A stretch of DNA of 64,000 nt from Octopus vulgaris. Taxonomy: Eukaryota. The position numbers and the translations under genes were made by a program. The DNA lies in NCBI GenBank assembly GCA_951406725.2, contig OX597835.1, positions 46,066,001 to 46,130,000 on the forward strand, read 5' to 3'. A model generated the notes under the pieces. It had not been told where the DNA came from. It was given only the letters and a program-made list of their open reading frames with translations, and ran no database searches. Shown piece by piece: positions 27,006 through 41,875 of the stretch. Numbering within the stretch: the first letter of the stretch is position 1; every line of letters begins with the position of its first letter.

Positions 27006-27493
27006 CATACACTTATATATACATGTATATTCTTATATATGCATAAACACACACACTCACACAGACATATATATATCAAGGCCCTAGGCACCTTTTGTTA
27101 CATATAGTGACAATTGAATTTTCCTGTATGGTATTATATTGCGCCCAGGTGTTTATATTAATTTTTATAAATGTATTTCTTCAATCCTTGTTTCAATTGA
27201 TTTCATATTTGGTGAATTGGTGTAGTTTTCTCAGCACGTTATGGACATGAAATTCATTTTCGCCATAAATGAATACATATGAGTTAACAGCTTTTAAATT
27301 TTGCAAATTTTCGGTAATTTTAACCACTCGAAAGCCACATATATATAGATACCTGTCTCCATAGTTACAAACGAAGCTGATACCAAGCTGCTTACCCACG
27401 TGGAAGTTTTCGTTTATTAAATGCTTAAAACACATGAGGTATGAGTGGGGTCGTAAAAATAAATATAATTCTGGTATCCGGCGCAGAGTAGCT

Positions 27494-28095
27494 CATACAT
27501 ACATACATACATACATACATACATACATACATACATACATACATACATACATACATACATACATACATGCATACATACATACATACTTACATACATACAT
27601 GCATACATACATACATACATACATACACACTTGCATACATACATACATACATACATACATACATACATACTTGCATACATACATGCATGCATACATACAT
27701 ATATACGTATTTGCATACATACATACATACATACGTGCATACATACATACATACGTGCATACATACATACATACGTGCATACATACATACATACATATTT
27801 ATATCTATAACTATATATATAGATGTATACAAACACAAAATCATATATTTATATATTCAGATGTTCGTAGACTTAAATATATATATATGTTTGTGTGTGC
27901 GTATACATATATATATATCTAGATATACACAGACTTACCTACGCACATGTATGTGCATTAATCTATGCACACATTTATGCATGTAATAATGATATACATA
28001 CATGCATACATACACACATACATACACACATACATACATACATACATACATACATACATACATACATACATACATACATACATACATACATACAT
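27494..28095. repeat. (CATA)n microsatellite-rich tract
   Basis: direct inspection. Confidence 0.95.
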
Positions 28096-28986
28096 AGGAT
28101 TGTGTATACGTATATACGTGAGTTAATTTTTGCCGAAAATTATTTAAAAGCGATAGAAAACAGGTGAGTATGGATTTTTTTTTAATTACTGATGCTGCTG
28201 CAATATTATCTTTCTCGATAACAAATGTTTTGTGTCGTATAAAGTCTTTTATATCAAAATAGGTTTCGTTGAGCGCCAAAATTCCTTGAAAAAATTCTGC
28301 AATATCGCAAGATATTTTGTATTTCGGCTTTTTAATGTAATATTGGTATATTTGATAAAAGACTGTTTCAAACCTATTTCAAAATAACCACTTATTCTAT
28401 TATTTTTTATTCGAATAATTTCACTTTGATAATATTTTTTGTCTTATTATTTTAATTATTTTGTAGGGATTGTTTTTGTCTATTAAAATATAGATAAGTT
28501 TTCCTCGATATTTCTGTAAAATGAGATATGAGTTCAGTGGCAAATAAACTTTTAAACCACTGGCATTCAAAGAAATTAGTAAAGCAGTTTATGAAAGTTA
28601 TGTTTTGAAATTATATACAACAATTATCTACATTATTTACTGTATTCGTCCTAGTCTTTCCGCCAGTATCGACAGTAAATATCCATATGTTAAGTGACGA
28701 GTTGTAGTATCAGTAGTTAACTCTTATCCTCAGATTCCTATCTTCAGTTGCTATGAACCAACTGTAGATATCAATGGTTAATACTCAAATAGTGTGTTTA
28801 ACCAAAACCCTTCATATCAGTTGAGGTTTATTACGACAGTCTTAACACAAGCCATTTGTGAATTGTATTATGTTGGGCGTATTATCCTTTGCTATCTTGC
28901 TTTTGTGATGTGTCCTTCACCGCAGTTCATTTGGCATTGAAAATTCATTGAAAGTTCTCGCTAAGGCTCTCAGGTATTTATAATTT

Positions 28987-29223
28987 TTCTTATTTCTTTA
29001 TTACCCACAAGGGGCTAAACATAGAGGGGACAAACAGGGACAGACAAAGGAATTACGTCGATCACATCGACCCCAGTGCGCAACTGTTACTTAATTTATC
29101 GACACCCGAAATGATAAAAGGAAAAGTCGACCTCGGCGGAATTTGAACTCAGAACGTAACGGCAGACGAAATACTAGTAAGCATTTCGTCCGGTGTGCTA
29201 ACGTTTCTGCCAGCTCGCCGCCT
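28987..29223 (-). mobile_element. full-length Nin-type SINE interrupting older degraded sequence
   Basis: family consensus; tatttataat flanks. Confidence 0.9.
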
Positions 29224-29699
29224 TATTTATTTATAATATTTGATCCATCTTTTCACCGTTGATTCGTGCACCAACCTCGTCAAGTTTGTATTGATCCCTT
29301 TGAAGTACTACTGGTAGCAACGATTTAAATCATCCATCATCCCAAATTTACTCTATAAACATATAACTACAGTTTACTCTTAGTATCTTTGAATTAAGCA
29401 GAGTTTGTGGGATCCAATATTCTTCTACTGAGCTTAGTAGTGTTGTTATATTAATGAATTCTAAATTGTTTCATTGTACTCAAGCACTATATTACTTTCT
29501 TGGTTTCTCACATTGATCGTGCTTACAGATAATGCAGTGCGAAGTGAGGATCACGTTGTAATCATATTTTCTACTTTATTATGTTGAACCCTAGTCATAT
29601 ATTCCTGAACCTCAGTCATGTATCTTAATCGAATTACCTTTACATTCCTGTCAGTCAACTTCGCTGATTCCTGCTCCGCGTGCAGGCAGCAAACAATAT

Positions 29700-30056
29700 T
29701 CTTTTCTACTCTAGGCTCAAGGCTCGAAATTTTTTGTGGGAGTGGGACAGTCGATTAGATCGACCTCAGTACGCAGATGGTACTTAATTTATTGACCCCA
29801 AAATGATGAAAGGCAAAGTCGACCTCAGTGGAATTTGAACTCAGAACGTAGCGGCAGATAAAATACCTATTTCTTTACTACCCACAAGGGGCTAAACACA
29901 GAGGGGACAAACAAGGACAGACAAACGGATCAAGTCGATTATATCGACCCCAGTGCGTTACTGGTACTTAATTTATCAACCCCGAATGGATGAAAGCCAA
30001 ACTCGACCTCGGCGGAATTCGCCCGGCGTGCTAACGTTTCTGCCAGCTCGCCGCCT
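29700..30056 (-). mobile_element. tandem/chimeric Nin-type SINE pair with 14-bp TSD
   Basis: gcagcaaacaatat at 29686-29699 and 30061-30074. Confidence 0.88.
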
Positions 30057-30085
30057 TCACGCAGCAAACAATATCACATTCAACT

Positions 30086-30299
30086 AAGGCGGCGATCTGG
30101 CAGAAACGTTAGCACGCCGGGCGAATTCCGCCGAGGTCGAGTTTGCCTTTCATTCTTTCGGGGTCGATAAATTAAGTACCAGTAACGCACTGAGGTCGAT
30201 ATAATCGACTTAATCTGTTTGTCCGTCCTTGTTTGTCCCCTCTGTGTTTAGCCCCTTGTGAGTAGTAAAGAAATAGGTATTTTGTCTGGCGTTACGTTC
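30086..30299 (+). mobile_element. inverted local copy of the SINE at 29844-30056
   Basis: shares the same internal deletion and junction. Confidence 0.88.
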
Positions 30300-31665
30300 A
30301 AAGATACTCCAGCTGAATAAGAAATATTCTGACTTTTGTAAATATATAAGCGCGCGCGTGTGTGTGCGTGTTTACTTATAAATTTTCCAAATAAAAATTC
30401 AAGAGAAGCAAAATTGTTATATTGTCTCTTCGTTTCTGTTACATGAAAAATTGTGGAAAAACAATTGCAAATAAAAATATCATAAATTGATAAGAAAGTT
30501 AAATGATATAAAAACAAAAGCCAAAATATATAAACTTAAAAAGAAATAAACTGAAAATTTAATATTATGAAAGAAAACGTCGACAAAATAGTTAAAGAGA
30601 TTTAAATAATTAAATTGAATGCATAAATATTTATGTTGGCGTTACTTCTAGAAAAACATGCTTGCACAAGTCTCAGCAAAGAAACAGTTTAGTGTTCGCG
30701 TATTGAAACTGGAGCCTTCCTGTTTCTAATCTGTTTCAGACATGAAAGGGTGATATTTTATATTTCAATTCGCCGGAAAGGTTTTGTATATATTTACCCA
30801 GTTTTAAAATCCATAGCGTTTTTGTTTGGTTTATTACACGGTGGAATACTTTCTGTCATTTAAAGACGGTATATTTTAGCTTTATAGGTGTCAGTCACTG
30901 AAGGTGGGGGTTCGGCACAAACCTTAGAGAAGTGGGAAAATGTTTCACGATGCAATTTTTTTTTTTTTCCCAGTTCTTTACGTTATTTGCTCAAATTCCA
31001 CCGAGGGCAAATGTGTCATTCACCCCCCTCCGATCAATAAAGCATTGTAGAGGCTAAATAGGAGTTAATGCTATCAAGTAACAATCTTCCTCGAAACTGC
31101 TGTCTTCCTTATTAATTAAAAATAAAACTCTACGTGACTTATCAGATTCAGGCGTTCGAATTCAGGATATTGTTTTCCTTTTTAAGACTTCTGACATTTG
31201 GGAGTTTTTGTAAAGATATTCTATATTCTAAATTCAAAAATTTTGAAGGACATTTCTCACGGCTACACTTTTCTATATACTTTTCTATACTTTTCAAAAA
31301 AGTATACAGGTAAGTAAAAAACAAAAAAACAACAACACTGTTTTAGACATCATGAAAATGTCAACGTCAACGAAACAGCTGAATAATCATTCGGCGGTTT
31401 TTACTAATAATACGTGTTTTCCAACGTCTCAGAGACCTAAAAACAGACTGTTTTGATAATGAATTCATATTTGTGAGAGCTTTTATTTCTCAATAGATGA
31501 TATTTTGCATAACAATGCCCCGGATATATGTCGTATGTATTTATTCAATTGCAACATACTTATGCTGTGTACTGAGGCATTTACATGACAGCCTACTGTT
31601 TTCTCTTCACCCAAATATATTCAGTTACCACTCTATCAGAATATATATATATATATATACTTATG

Positions 31666-31715
<50 letters not shown>

Positions 31716-32025
31716 AGTATATATATATGCATACAAATATATACACATCTATATATATGTGTATGGTGTGCATAATATATATATAATAACTAATATATTA
31801 TATATATACATATTCATATATATATATGTTTGTGTGGGTGTGGGTGAGTTTGAATGAATGCATGTATGTATGTACATACATGCGAGTGTGTTTGTATGTA
31901 TGTACCGATAATGCTGATAAAAAATGTTTTAGATATGAAAAGCACTATCATTTCAAGTAATATAGATGAATGGATATTTGCTATACACATACATACATAC
32001 GTATATATATATATATATATGTATG

Positions 32026-32119
<94 letters not shown>

Positions 32120-33774
32120 CATATGTGTATATACTGACGTGAGTGTGTATATGTTTGTCTATATGCGTGTGTCGAGGTTTTTTGTACCTTCTAATATTAT
32201 TCAGTCTGCTCCCCCCCTTCCTTTTCTATATCATGTTTATCATTTCCCAATATTTACATATTATCTTATCTATAGTTTTATTTTCATGTTTTCATATTCT
32301 AAATTATTCAAACCATTATATAAATTTAAATATGATTTTTTATACTATTATTGAAAATCATAATATATTTATGCATACAATTTAATTATTAAAATCTCTT
32401 TAACTATCTAGTCGACATTTTCTTTCATAATTTCGAAATTTTATCAGTTTATTTCATTTCAAATCTATATAGTTTTGCCTTCTTTTGTACTTTAGTTTCC
32501 TTATCTATTCGTGTCACTTTTTTTCATTTGCAATTGTTGTTGTTTATTGCAATTATTCAAAATTCTTATCGTTTTATATAACAATATTTCGTTATAATCA
32601 ATAAGATTAAAGATTATAAAAAAAAACAGCGTCTGTAGTTGAGCTCCAAATTAATTGTCTTGTAGGATTTAACTTCGATTTCTTACAATTATGAACCGGG
32701 CGCTAGACTCAATAATGTCGGACTGGGCATTCACTTGTTCACAACTGCATGAAATAAATACCAAGATAGAGAAAATACAAATAGCTTGCCTCAAGAGAAA
32801 TATCTATTTTGAGCCAAGGAGAGGGTCTTGGCTGAAGGAGTAGTTTCAGAAATAGAAGCCAAATATTCCACCATAGATCATATTCTACCGCCTCAAATTT
32901 TTCTGCACGTTCAGTCATAGTAGGAACAACTTTACTGCTTAGTTAGACTTGATCTGAAGATAAATCTTAACAATATGAACAACAACAACAACAACAACAG
33001 AGCTTGTTCTTGCTTTCAACTCAAAGAATTGTCGCAGTCGTTATAATGTTGGATGGAAAGAAACCGCTAAGTGTTTGTTCTGTGCTTCAAATTCAAACAA
33101 CCCCGATGCCAAATTGGCCTTTCATCCAATTTCGACTCGGTAAAATAATAACGATCGAGTGAGCTGGGTTAAGAGAACTTTGAAAGGGTTTGTTCTGGAT
33201 ATTTGCGTTCATATATCAACACCTATGACGGCAATAGTATCCAAACTCCACCGTCCGAAACCGGTGACATTTTGTCTTTTACACACGTCTCTGGTGGATA
33301 AGGATTCACACCTTCGACGGTGCATTTAATTGTGTCATTTCATGTTTACAGATTTACAAATTGGCTGCTTTTCATGTTAGCTATTATTTATCTTAATAAA
33401 AGAGATTCCTTTCGCAAATACAATATCATGCAATTCATCCTACTTTTAAGACGTTTAGTTAATGGAAACTATCTTAACACACACCTGTAGGGTTAAATAA
33501 ATGTATCGAACACTAACCCTCATGTATCGTACTCAATGACCGAGTGTAATGTTCCTTCCTTACTTTGTTCTACCGGAAATAAAGTATCACACTATGTCAA
33601 TGGATTGTGTGAATGGTAATAACTCCAAAAACGATGTTTGCTATATCTGCCCTGGTTTTTTTTGTTATTTTAAGGGGTATGTCTTCGACTACACTGATGC
33701 CAAGCTGTAGCTCTCTTTTATCACCCTTGGACCACGTCGATGCCATGGAGAGGAGAAACGTAGATGCGTGATAA

Positions 33775-34256
33775 GGCGGCGAGCTAGCAGAAACGTTAGC
33801 ACGCCGGGCGAAATGCGTAGCCGTATTTCGTCTGCCGTTACGTTGTGAGTTCAAATTCTGCTGAGGTCGATTTTGCCTTTCATCCTTTCGGGGTCGATAA
33901 ATTAAGTACCAGTTACGCACTTCAGGTCGATATAATCGACTTAATCCCTTTGTCTGTCCTTGTTTGTCCCCTCTGTGTTTAGCCTATTGTGGGTAGTAAA
34001 GAAATAGGTATTTCATCTTTTTTTACAAGGCGGCGAGCTGGCAGAAAGGTTAGCATGCCGGGCGAAATGCTTAGCGGTATTTCGTCAGCCGCTACGTTCT
34101 AAGTTCAAATTCTGCCGAGGTCGACTTTGCCTTTCATCCTTTCGGGGTCGATTAAATAATTACCAGTTACGCACTGAGGTCTTTATAATCTAGTTAATCG
34201 GTTTGTATGTCCTTGTTTGTCCTCTCTGTGTTTAACCCTTTGTGGGTAGTAAAGAA
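33775..34256 (+). mobile_element. head-to-tail dimer of Nin-type SINE bounded by one 17-bp TSD
   Basis: units 33775-34010 and 34029-34256; gaaacgtagatgc(g/a)tga on both sides. Confidence 0.9.
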
Positions 34257-35179
34257 GTCGAAACGTAGATGCATGAGCAACTGACTGTCTTCCTAAAATT
34301 ACCGGTGATGGGGCCTTTGACAATAAATTTCCAGGTGCATAAAAAAAACTCGTCAAGACCAGAGGGCGGCGGCACTGCATATAATATAAACTGGAAAGTT
34401 ATAAACCATCCATTTAACAAAGAGTAGTTAAACAGTAAAGCAGAAAAAAGAAAAACACAAAAGACTTTTGCATCCAAAACTTCGTCTTTAATAACATCTG
34501 ACATTGTAAATTAACAATTTAGAATCGCCGACTAAACTGTTCATAATAACCTAATAATAACCGAATAAACAATTATGATCTGCTCTGCGCAGAGACATGT
34601 TATGTCGGGAGGGTGGGTGCTGAGAATATATTTAAATTATGTATTAAATTACTGTTGACAGTGGAGAAGCTCAGAACAATTATTGATCTATGGTTGCAGA
34701 CAACTAATAAGTAGTTATTATTTTCAAAGCTAAGTTACAAACGCCTCTGTCAAAGGCCATGATAGACACTGGAGCATCATCTCTATTCCGGTAGCTGTCA
34801 AAATGGTTTTATTTATTGTTGAAATATTCAGTTAGTTTTTCACGCAACAAAATAATTCTCTTGCTCAAAATTATTTATATACGTAAAGAATACAAGGTGT
34901 CGATAACAAAGAAAAGAAACCCAACCTTGTGTCGCAATGAAATATCAGTGTCCATAATGTTACTTTTGTAAATATATGTCAGTGTTGTGATATATCATAA
35001 TTTTAATTCATCATCGTGTAGTTGATTTATTTTATAAATATTTGATTTGTACCCACTTTAATTACATAATACATTTCTTTCTTCCCATAATTTCTATGTA
35101 ATTTTTCGTCCCAAAAGTCTTTGCATGTTTTTTTTATCAATTCGTGCACTTGTTGCTATCGAAAATATTATTGTTGACA

Positions 35180-35182
35180 CTG

Positions 35183-35260
<78 letters not shown>

Positions 35261-35490
35261 TCATTATTATTACTAATGAAGACGGCGAGCTGGCAGTCAA
35301 TGGTACGCCGGGCAAAATTCTTGGCAGCGTTTGTCTATCATTACGTTCTGAGTTCGCTTTCATTATTTTGGGGTTGATAAATTAAGTACCATTTCCGCAC
35401 TGGGGTCGATGTAATTGACTAGTTCCCTCTACTCAAATTTCAGGCCTTGTGCCTACACTACAAAGGGTTTTTATTATCATTATTATTCTA

Positions 35491-35523
<33 letters not shown>

Positions 35524-35529
35524 GTTATT

Positions 35530-35570
<41 letters not shown>

Positions 35571-35612
35571 CGTCGTCGCTGTTGTTTTCGTAGCCATTGT
35601 TGTTGCTGTTGT
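35180..35612. repeat. (ACT)n and (ATT)n/(GTT)n tracts flanking a Nin-type SINE (35282-35465, +)
   Basis: direct inspection. Confidence 0.88.
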
Positions 35613-35682
35613 TATTTGTGTATCCTACGTGGAATCCACTCTCCAATCATCACTAGTGACTTTTCTCTGAAATTGTAAATAT

Positions 35683-35830
35683 TCTTTTCTACTCAAGGCA
35701 CAAGGCCCGAAATTTTGGGGAATAGAGCCAGTCGATTAGAACGATCCCAGTACTCACCTTGTACTTAAGGTATCGACCCCGAAAGAATGAAAGGCAAAGT
35801 CGACATCGGCGGAATTTGGACTCAGGACAT
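35683..35830 (-). mobile_element. 5'-truncated Nin-type SINE, TSD ttgtaaatatt
   Basis: family similarity and flanking direct repeat. Confidence 0.82.
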
Positions 35831-36431
35831 AAAATTGTAAATATTGTTTAGCAGATGTATCCATGTCTCTTCTACAGGAACTTTACTCCGTTTCAATCAC
35901 GTTTCCGCTTGTTCCAATAACTTTCCCGTGTATATTTTTCAATATATCCCTTTTCACGAGATGTCCATCTCTTGTTTAAATAGACGTGTGGTTATAAGAG
36001 AAAATCTATTCGCTTCCTTGTGTTCAATCGACCGGGACCCTGTAATCAACCAAGCGTAGCGATCACCACTCCCAGTGACTTTCACAAAAAACCTACGGAC
36101 AAAAACGCCACCATCACCACAACCAAGAACAACATCAACTGTAACAACAGCCAAAGCAAAATCACTGACAATAGTATGACTCATGACAACACCAACAACA
36201 ACAACAACAACTGCAACAATATGAGAAACGACAACACCAGCAACAATGATAATAATAGTAAGGAAGCCACCACCACCAGCAGCAGCAGCAGCAGCAGCAT
36301 CAACGATAATTGTATAAATAGCAGCGGTATTAAATACATCAACAATAGCACTGACCGCTACGACAGTATCAGGAGTAATGTTATTTCATAAAGGATGTAC
36401 GAGAGAATATAAAATTAGGGACCGCCTATTC

Positions 36432-37362
36432 TTTGCAAGGGAAAGCCGCGGCAGTTAAAAAATATCAGCAAAATACCATTCAACACGACGTTAAGGAACT
36501 CCCAGAAGTGGAAAGGATTCCCATAAAAAAGAGAACGATAATTCATTTTATCATTAATCGCAGAAAGAGAAAGCTGCAACAACCTTCCCCAGCCGAAAGA
36601 GAAGAGCGTCTGGAAGAAGTGTGGCCTTCCTACTTTATATTTGTCGAGAAAAGCAATCTGGGACCGTGGTAGCTATCTGCAGCAACGAAGAGGAAGCGTA
36701 CGGGATTACTACAATGAACTACTCCTCTTATCAATATGTGATGCTCCCATTATACACGCGACGTCGTGTAAACAAGGTCAGGGACTCAGATGTACCCCCT
36801 CATAAGGCCCGGACCAGTGTAATTGTCATGCTAGAGGTGCACGGAGAGATGATAAGCATGACGTCAAGCCTCCAACAAAACGTAACTAGAGTGTCAGTGG
36901 AGTTCCAGGTATCGTTTGCTCCGGAAGAAGTGCATGCTTCCCAGAGAGTGCGATTCGATATGGTTGGTCATGGAGGGTAGGAAACTTAGATGTTAAATTT
37001 TGGGCAAAACAAATCCCTTTGTTCCCACTGTGGAAAGACGAGATTGGCGGCACACGCTGCTCCATTTTTCCCATCAGCAGATTCGTTGCAATCAGAAAGA
37101 GGAAAGCATCGGCCATCACAGCCAAACAGAGAGGAAAAATGGTCGTCGGAAGTCCTACCGAATCCTTGGCTATATATAGAACCTCGGACGAGACAAACCC
37201 ACTCGAGGGTGTCGCGCGCGATCCCCAAAAGTGAAAACGGGGAGAGAGGGTGAAATTACAGATGTAACCCCTAAATCCCAAATGTTGGTGGGCACGAAAC
37301 TGAGTAGCCTCAGATATGCTGCAGCTCATCTCGAAACCAACGTTGTAAGACAAAAATCACTG

Positions 37363-37395
<33 letters not shown>

Positions 37396-37825
37396 AACCA
37401 TCGACGACAAAATCAACCAAAGATAAACCAATGACAGCAACACCAAGAACTGAAACGGCATTCTCAGCATCAGCGAGAGACAGAAGCGGATCAGCAACAG
37501 AGGATGCTTAAACAAAAACAACGCAAACGACAACAATCCGACGAACCACAAGAGTCGGACCTAGGACAACATCTCTCCGACCAGCCTCTGAATTACACAG
37601 TTCTATGGAAGGCGAGTGAGGAATTGATCGAATTTTTAGACTTAAATAAAGACAAAATTTTGCCAACTGGTGAAGGCGTTGATGCACTCACCATCGTGAA
37701 AAACCGAGAAGAGAGAGTTCTGTTAAGAACAATCCCCAGTATGTATCGTTGATGTAGGAATTTTCAAAATTTCGTTGGACAAAAGGATATCGGAAGGCCC
37801 ATTTAGAGACACCGAATATGTATCA
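36432..37825 (+). pseudogene. frameshifted L1/Tx1-type ORF1 (gag-like) of a non-LTR retrotransposon
   Basis: GC-richer island; joined frames give KRTIIHF...LLYICREKQSGTV...LPLYTRRRVNKVRDSDVPP...VMEGRKLRC*ILGK (degenerate EGR..RC..CG zinc knuckle), then a Gln-rich disordered tail. Confidence 0.6.
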
Positions 37826-38229
37826 ACCTAAGAAAAGCGTGGTTGCCTCTTCTTTTATTGTTTTCCCACCTCCTGGAATAGTAATTCCATGAAGGGGTGG
37901 GTAAGTCTATTACATTGACCCTAGCGCTTAATTGATGCTTATTCTATCCACTCCCGATAAGGACATACTGATTTCTGAGGGATATTATTGATGCGGACGC
38001 ATAAAATAATTTATACAATTTTCATATTTGCAACAAAAACATTAGCCACAACATTCATACAATCACATCAAACAAAAGTGTATGAAATACACCTCTCGGA
38101 ACACCTGTTTACCTGTGATGCTTGAGACTCAGAAATTCTGGACATGACAAGACTAATGAAAATGAAAACAGTCCCGTAGATTTATAATGAAACGACACTG
38201 TGCTCTAGAGATATTAAGAAAAAAAAAGC

Positions 38230-38690
38230 GTGTATTATTGAAAAATTGGTTGAAATACATTCTGCTTCTTGAAAATAGTTACTCCGTTCAATGTGTAGGG
38301 AGGAGAAATCACTGAACAACACGGGAATGTATGTAGAAATGCTTGTCTGGTATTTAGACCATCTCCCACCAAGTTTACATTTCTCCTCCAGCAACTGAAC
38401 AAAATTAACACAAGCAAAAGGCTGGGGAGAACCAGCAAGGACACTGACTATTATTTTATTGTCTTCTTTGGTAACAATGGGGTAGCAATACGCAAATGAA
38501 GACATAAGATATATGGCCGGGTTGTTAGGATAGCCTTGCAAGTCATAATTTCTTCTGAAGTCTACAAAGACAGACCCCAGACCCGATTGTGCCTAGTTGA
38601 GGGAACGGAAAAAAAGTCTTAGAAACGGGTAATAAGCCCAGCTGCTTCAGCTAATTGCAAAAATCATCTTCGGACATTTAGTCTGAAAAG
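38230..38690 (-). mobile_element. possible degraded CR1/L2-group LINE RT 3' region
   Basis: fragments KCPKMIFAI..LKQLG and SFAYCYP...KED resemble the post-RT region; frameshifted. Confidence 0.35.
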
Positions 38691-39095
38691 CTAGAAAGAC
38701 AAACAGAGGGAAAATAAGTCCCGGTGTGTGCTGCTACAGCAGCAACGCCAATGGTAGCAATGGTTGCAATTCTAAAATTAGCCAGGATCCCAACATAACC
38801 GCATTCGTATTGCATTTGTGTATGTATGTGATTTTGTGGATGTTTGTGATTGTGTTTCTGTGCCTGGGTATGTGTTTGTATCACTGAACCGTCGTGTTAT
38901 TCTATAAGCCTGTGTATTTGTGTTATAGTTTTCTTTTTCTTTCCTTTTTTTATATTTGTCTGTGTCCTTTTTTGCTTGTTTCGTTTGTCTGCTTCTTCGT
39001 TTCTTACTAATTGTACAGATTACAGCAAGAAAGCCTCGCATATTTTCCAGGTTGCAAAAAGTTTCAATATCCTACGCATCACTAGGTTGGCGCCG

Positions 39096-39300
39096 TACTG
39101 GCAGGATCTTTATCGTTCCAGAAAAAATGCTTACCGGGTTCCATCCGTCTTTATGTTCAGAGTTCAAATTCTACCGAGGTCGGCATTGCTTTTCATCCTT
39201 CTGGAATCGATGAAAAAAGAACCAGTTGAGCATTGGGGTTCATATAATCACTTTACACCCTCCCCCAAATATCTGACCTTGCGTTAAAATTTGAAACCAA
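39096..39300 (+). mobile_element. diverged Nin-type SINE
   Basis: family similarity. Confidence 0.75.
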
Positions 39301-39571
39301 CAGCATACGCATAACTGTACAATTCCAAACGCTGAAAATAGTGAAAAACTCAATAAACATCACTCACAGAGTGACACCTCATTTACTAAATTTATTAGCG
39401 ACACACCAATACCCAGTTAAAACATGACTGGTTTCTCTGTCGCAGCCCTATGAATATTTTTCATTCTTTGTGACTGTGTCTCCTCGGTTCTTTCCTATCC
39501 CTGTCTCTTTCTTTCCACAAATGTCTTTCTTTCTCTATCTCTCTCACCCACTCTGTCTATATGCTTCTCTA

Positions 39572-39603
<32 letters not shown>

Positions 39604-39676
39604 ACTCTGTCTATATGCTTCTCTATTTCTCTCTCTCTCTCTCTCTTTCTGTATCTATCTATCTATTTATTTATCT

Positions 39677-40007
39677 CTGGGGTTCTCAACCATTTCCTTT
39701 TTTTTATCTCTGGGCAGTTTTTTATTACAATTTTATTCTGCTGGAATACCATCGCCATTCGAAATTTTAAAAACTAGGTTTTTAGAAATTTCTTTCAAAA
39801 TTCCTATTTTGTGTTACACACATTAACTTGTGTGAGTTGTAAAACGTTAAACAAAGAGGCCTCGCTCTTTCTTGCAATGCATACCAATACATACATCTAA
39901 ATAAAAAAATTTTCACAAGCCCTTGAAATACCATTGCGGATCTTCAATTTACTATTTTGTTGCGAGGACCCCAAAAATCCTATATGGATCCAGTTTGAGA
40001 ACCACTG
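39677..40007. mobile_element. hAT-like MITE
   Basis: TIR-like ctggggttctcaac / tttgagaaccactg. Confidence 0.55.
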
Positions 40008-40021
40008 ATCTGTCTGTCTGC

Positions 40022-40201
<180 letters not shown>

Positions 40202-40738
40202 TGCCCTGGCTATAAAAAAAAAATCCATTTCTGTATTTCGCTACTAATTTCAAAATTAATACCGTTAAGTTCTTCACGAGTCTGATTAAATTTGAAAGAA
40301 TATGAACAGTTATATAAAAAGAAATGAGGAATAAAGATTTAAGACTGGCGACAACGAAAATTCCTCAATAATTCACTTTTTACAAGAATGAAATTTAATT
40401 ATCCATCTTTTAATTTACTTGAAACTAATTAAACAAAATGAGTCATTGTTGCACTTGGTGCGGCATCTTCCTTTCTCTAAACATACAGCCAGACAGACAC
40501 GCATGCGTATATACTTATATAAATTACATACATATATATATGAGTATGTGTTTATGTATATGTACATGTATTTGTGAGTGTGTGTGGGGGGTGAGAGATA
40601 CAAATAGATAGATCGATACATTGATAGATCGATATGTAGATAGATAGACAGATAGATAGATATTTAGCTAAGCTGTTTTCGTGTGTGCATGTAAGTTTGT
40701 GAACTGTATGTATATATACAGAAATAAGCACGCACACA

Positions 40739-40792
<54 letters not shown>

Positions 40793-41875
40793 TGTGTACT
40801 TGAGTGCGCGTGTTTTTAAGTCTCTGTGACTGCGCGTTAACCTTTTATTTCGATCGTAGAAAAATACGTATATTTGTATGTGTGCATCTATCTACCTATA
40901 TATGTATGCAATATATGTTATATGGCTATATAAATGTCACACACATTAGGCTATACATACACACACACACACATGCACACACACGCACCTTTACATACTG
41001 GAGACACACGACAAAGGACACATCTATATATGTGAGTGTATGTTTGTGAGTATGTATAAACTTTGCCATAAACATCTTTGAAGCAATACAATACTGTGAA
41101 AATGTGATTAAACTTTATGTTTATATATATAATTGAATGAAGAATTAATTATTTATTTTATTTTCCTTAATTAATTAATTGATTAATTAATTAATTCTTT
41201 AATTCTGCTACGTCAATGAATTTAGTTTGGCTTAAAAGTAAGACGACTTTTCCGTTTGGATACTGACTGAGATTAGATTTCGATAAGTGACCCATTTTCT
41301 GTGGTGTGAATATTTGAATATTTCTGCATTGAATCAATGACCAGCACGCCGTATGAACTTTTGTTTGTTTGACGAAGGACTCAGTGCATCTTTACTGAAA
41401 CAGTTACGAACTCTTCGGAAAAATTCTGACCAATCCATGCAAAACCTAGAAAGTATTTTTTGACGGATGATGCCTAGGTCGATGCTTAACCTCCTGGGAT
41501 TATCACAGATATTTCTTCCAAAATACGACCTTCTATGTTTACGGAAGAAAATTCACTCTCCACAGTGGACATTGTAGTTCTTGAAACAACATAAATATTT
41601 GTCTATTTGCATCTTTTCGCACCCACTCATTCTGTCTGTCTGTCTATCTCTCTCTCTCTCTCTCTCTATCTATCTCTATCTTTCTCTTTTTCCCTTTTTC
41701 CTTTCTTCCTCTGTTTGTCATACTCTTTTATATAGTACTTGGTTGAGTTCCAGAATTAATATTCAACATACTTCCCAATGAACTTCCAAGGAAAAATTTT
41801 AAAGTTATATAAAAACGGAAGCATTAATAAATAATTAATAGCGACAGAAGCAGCCGCAATACGAAATAGTAATAT

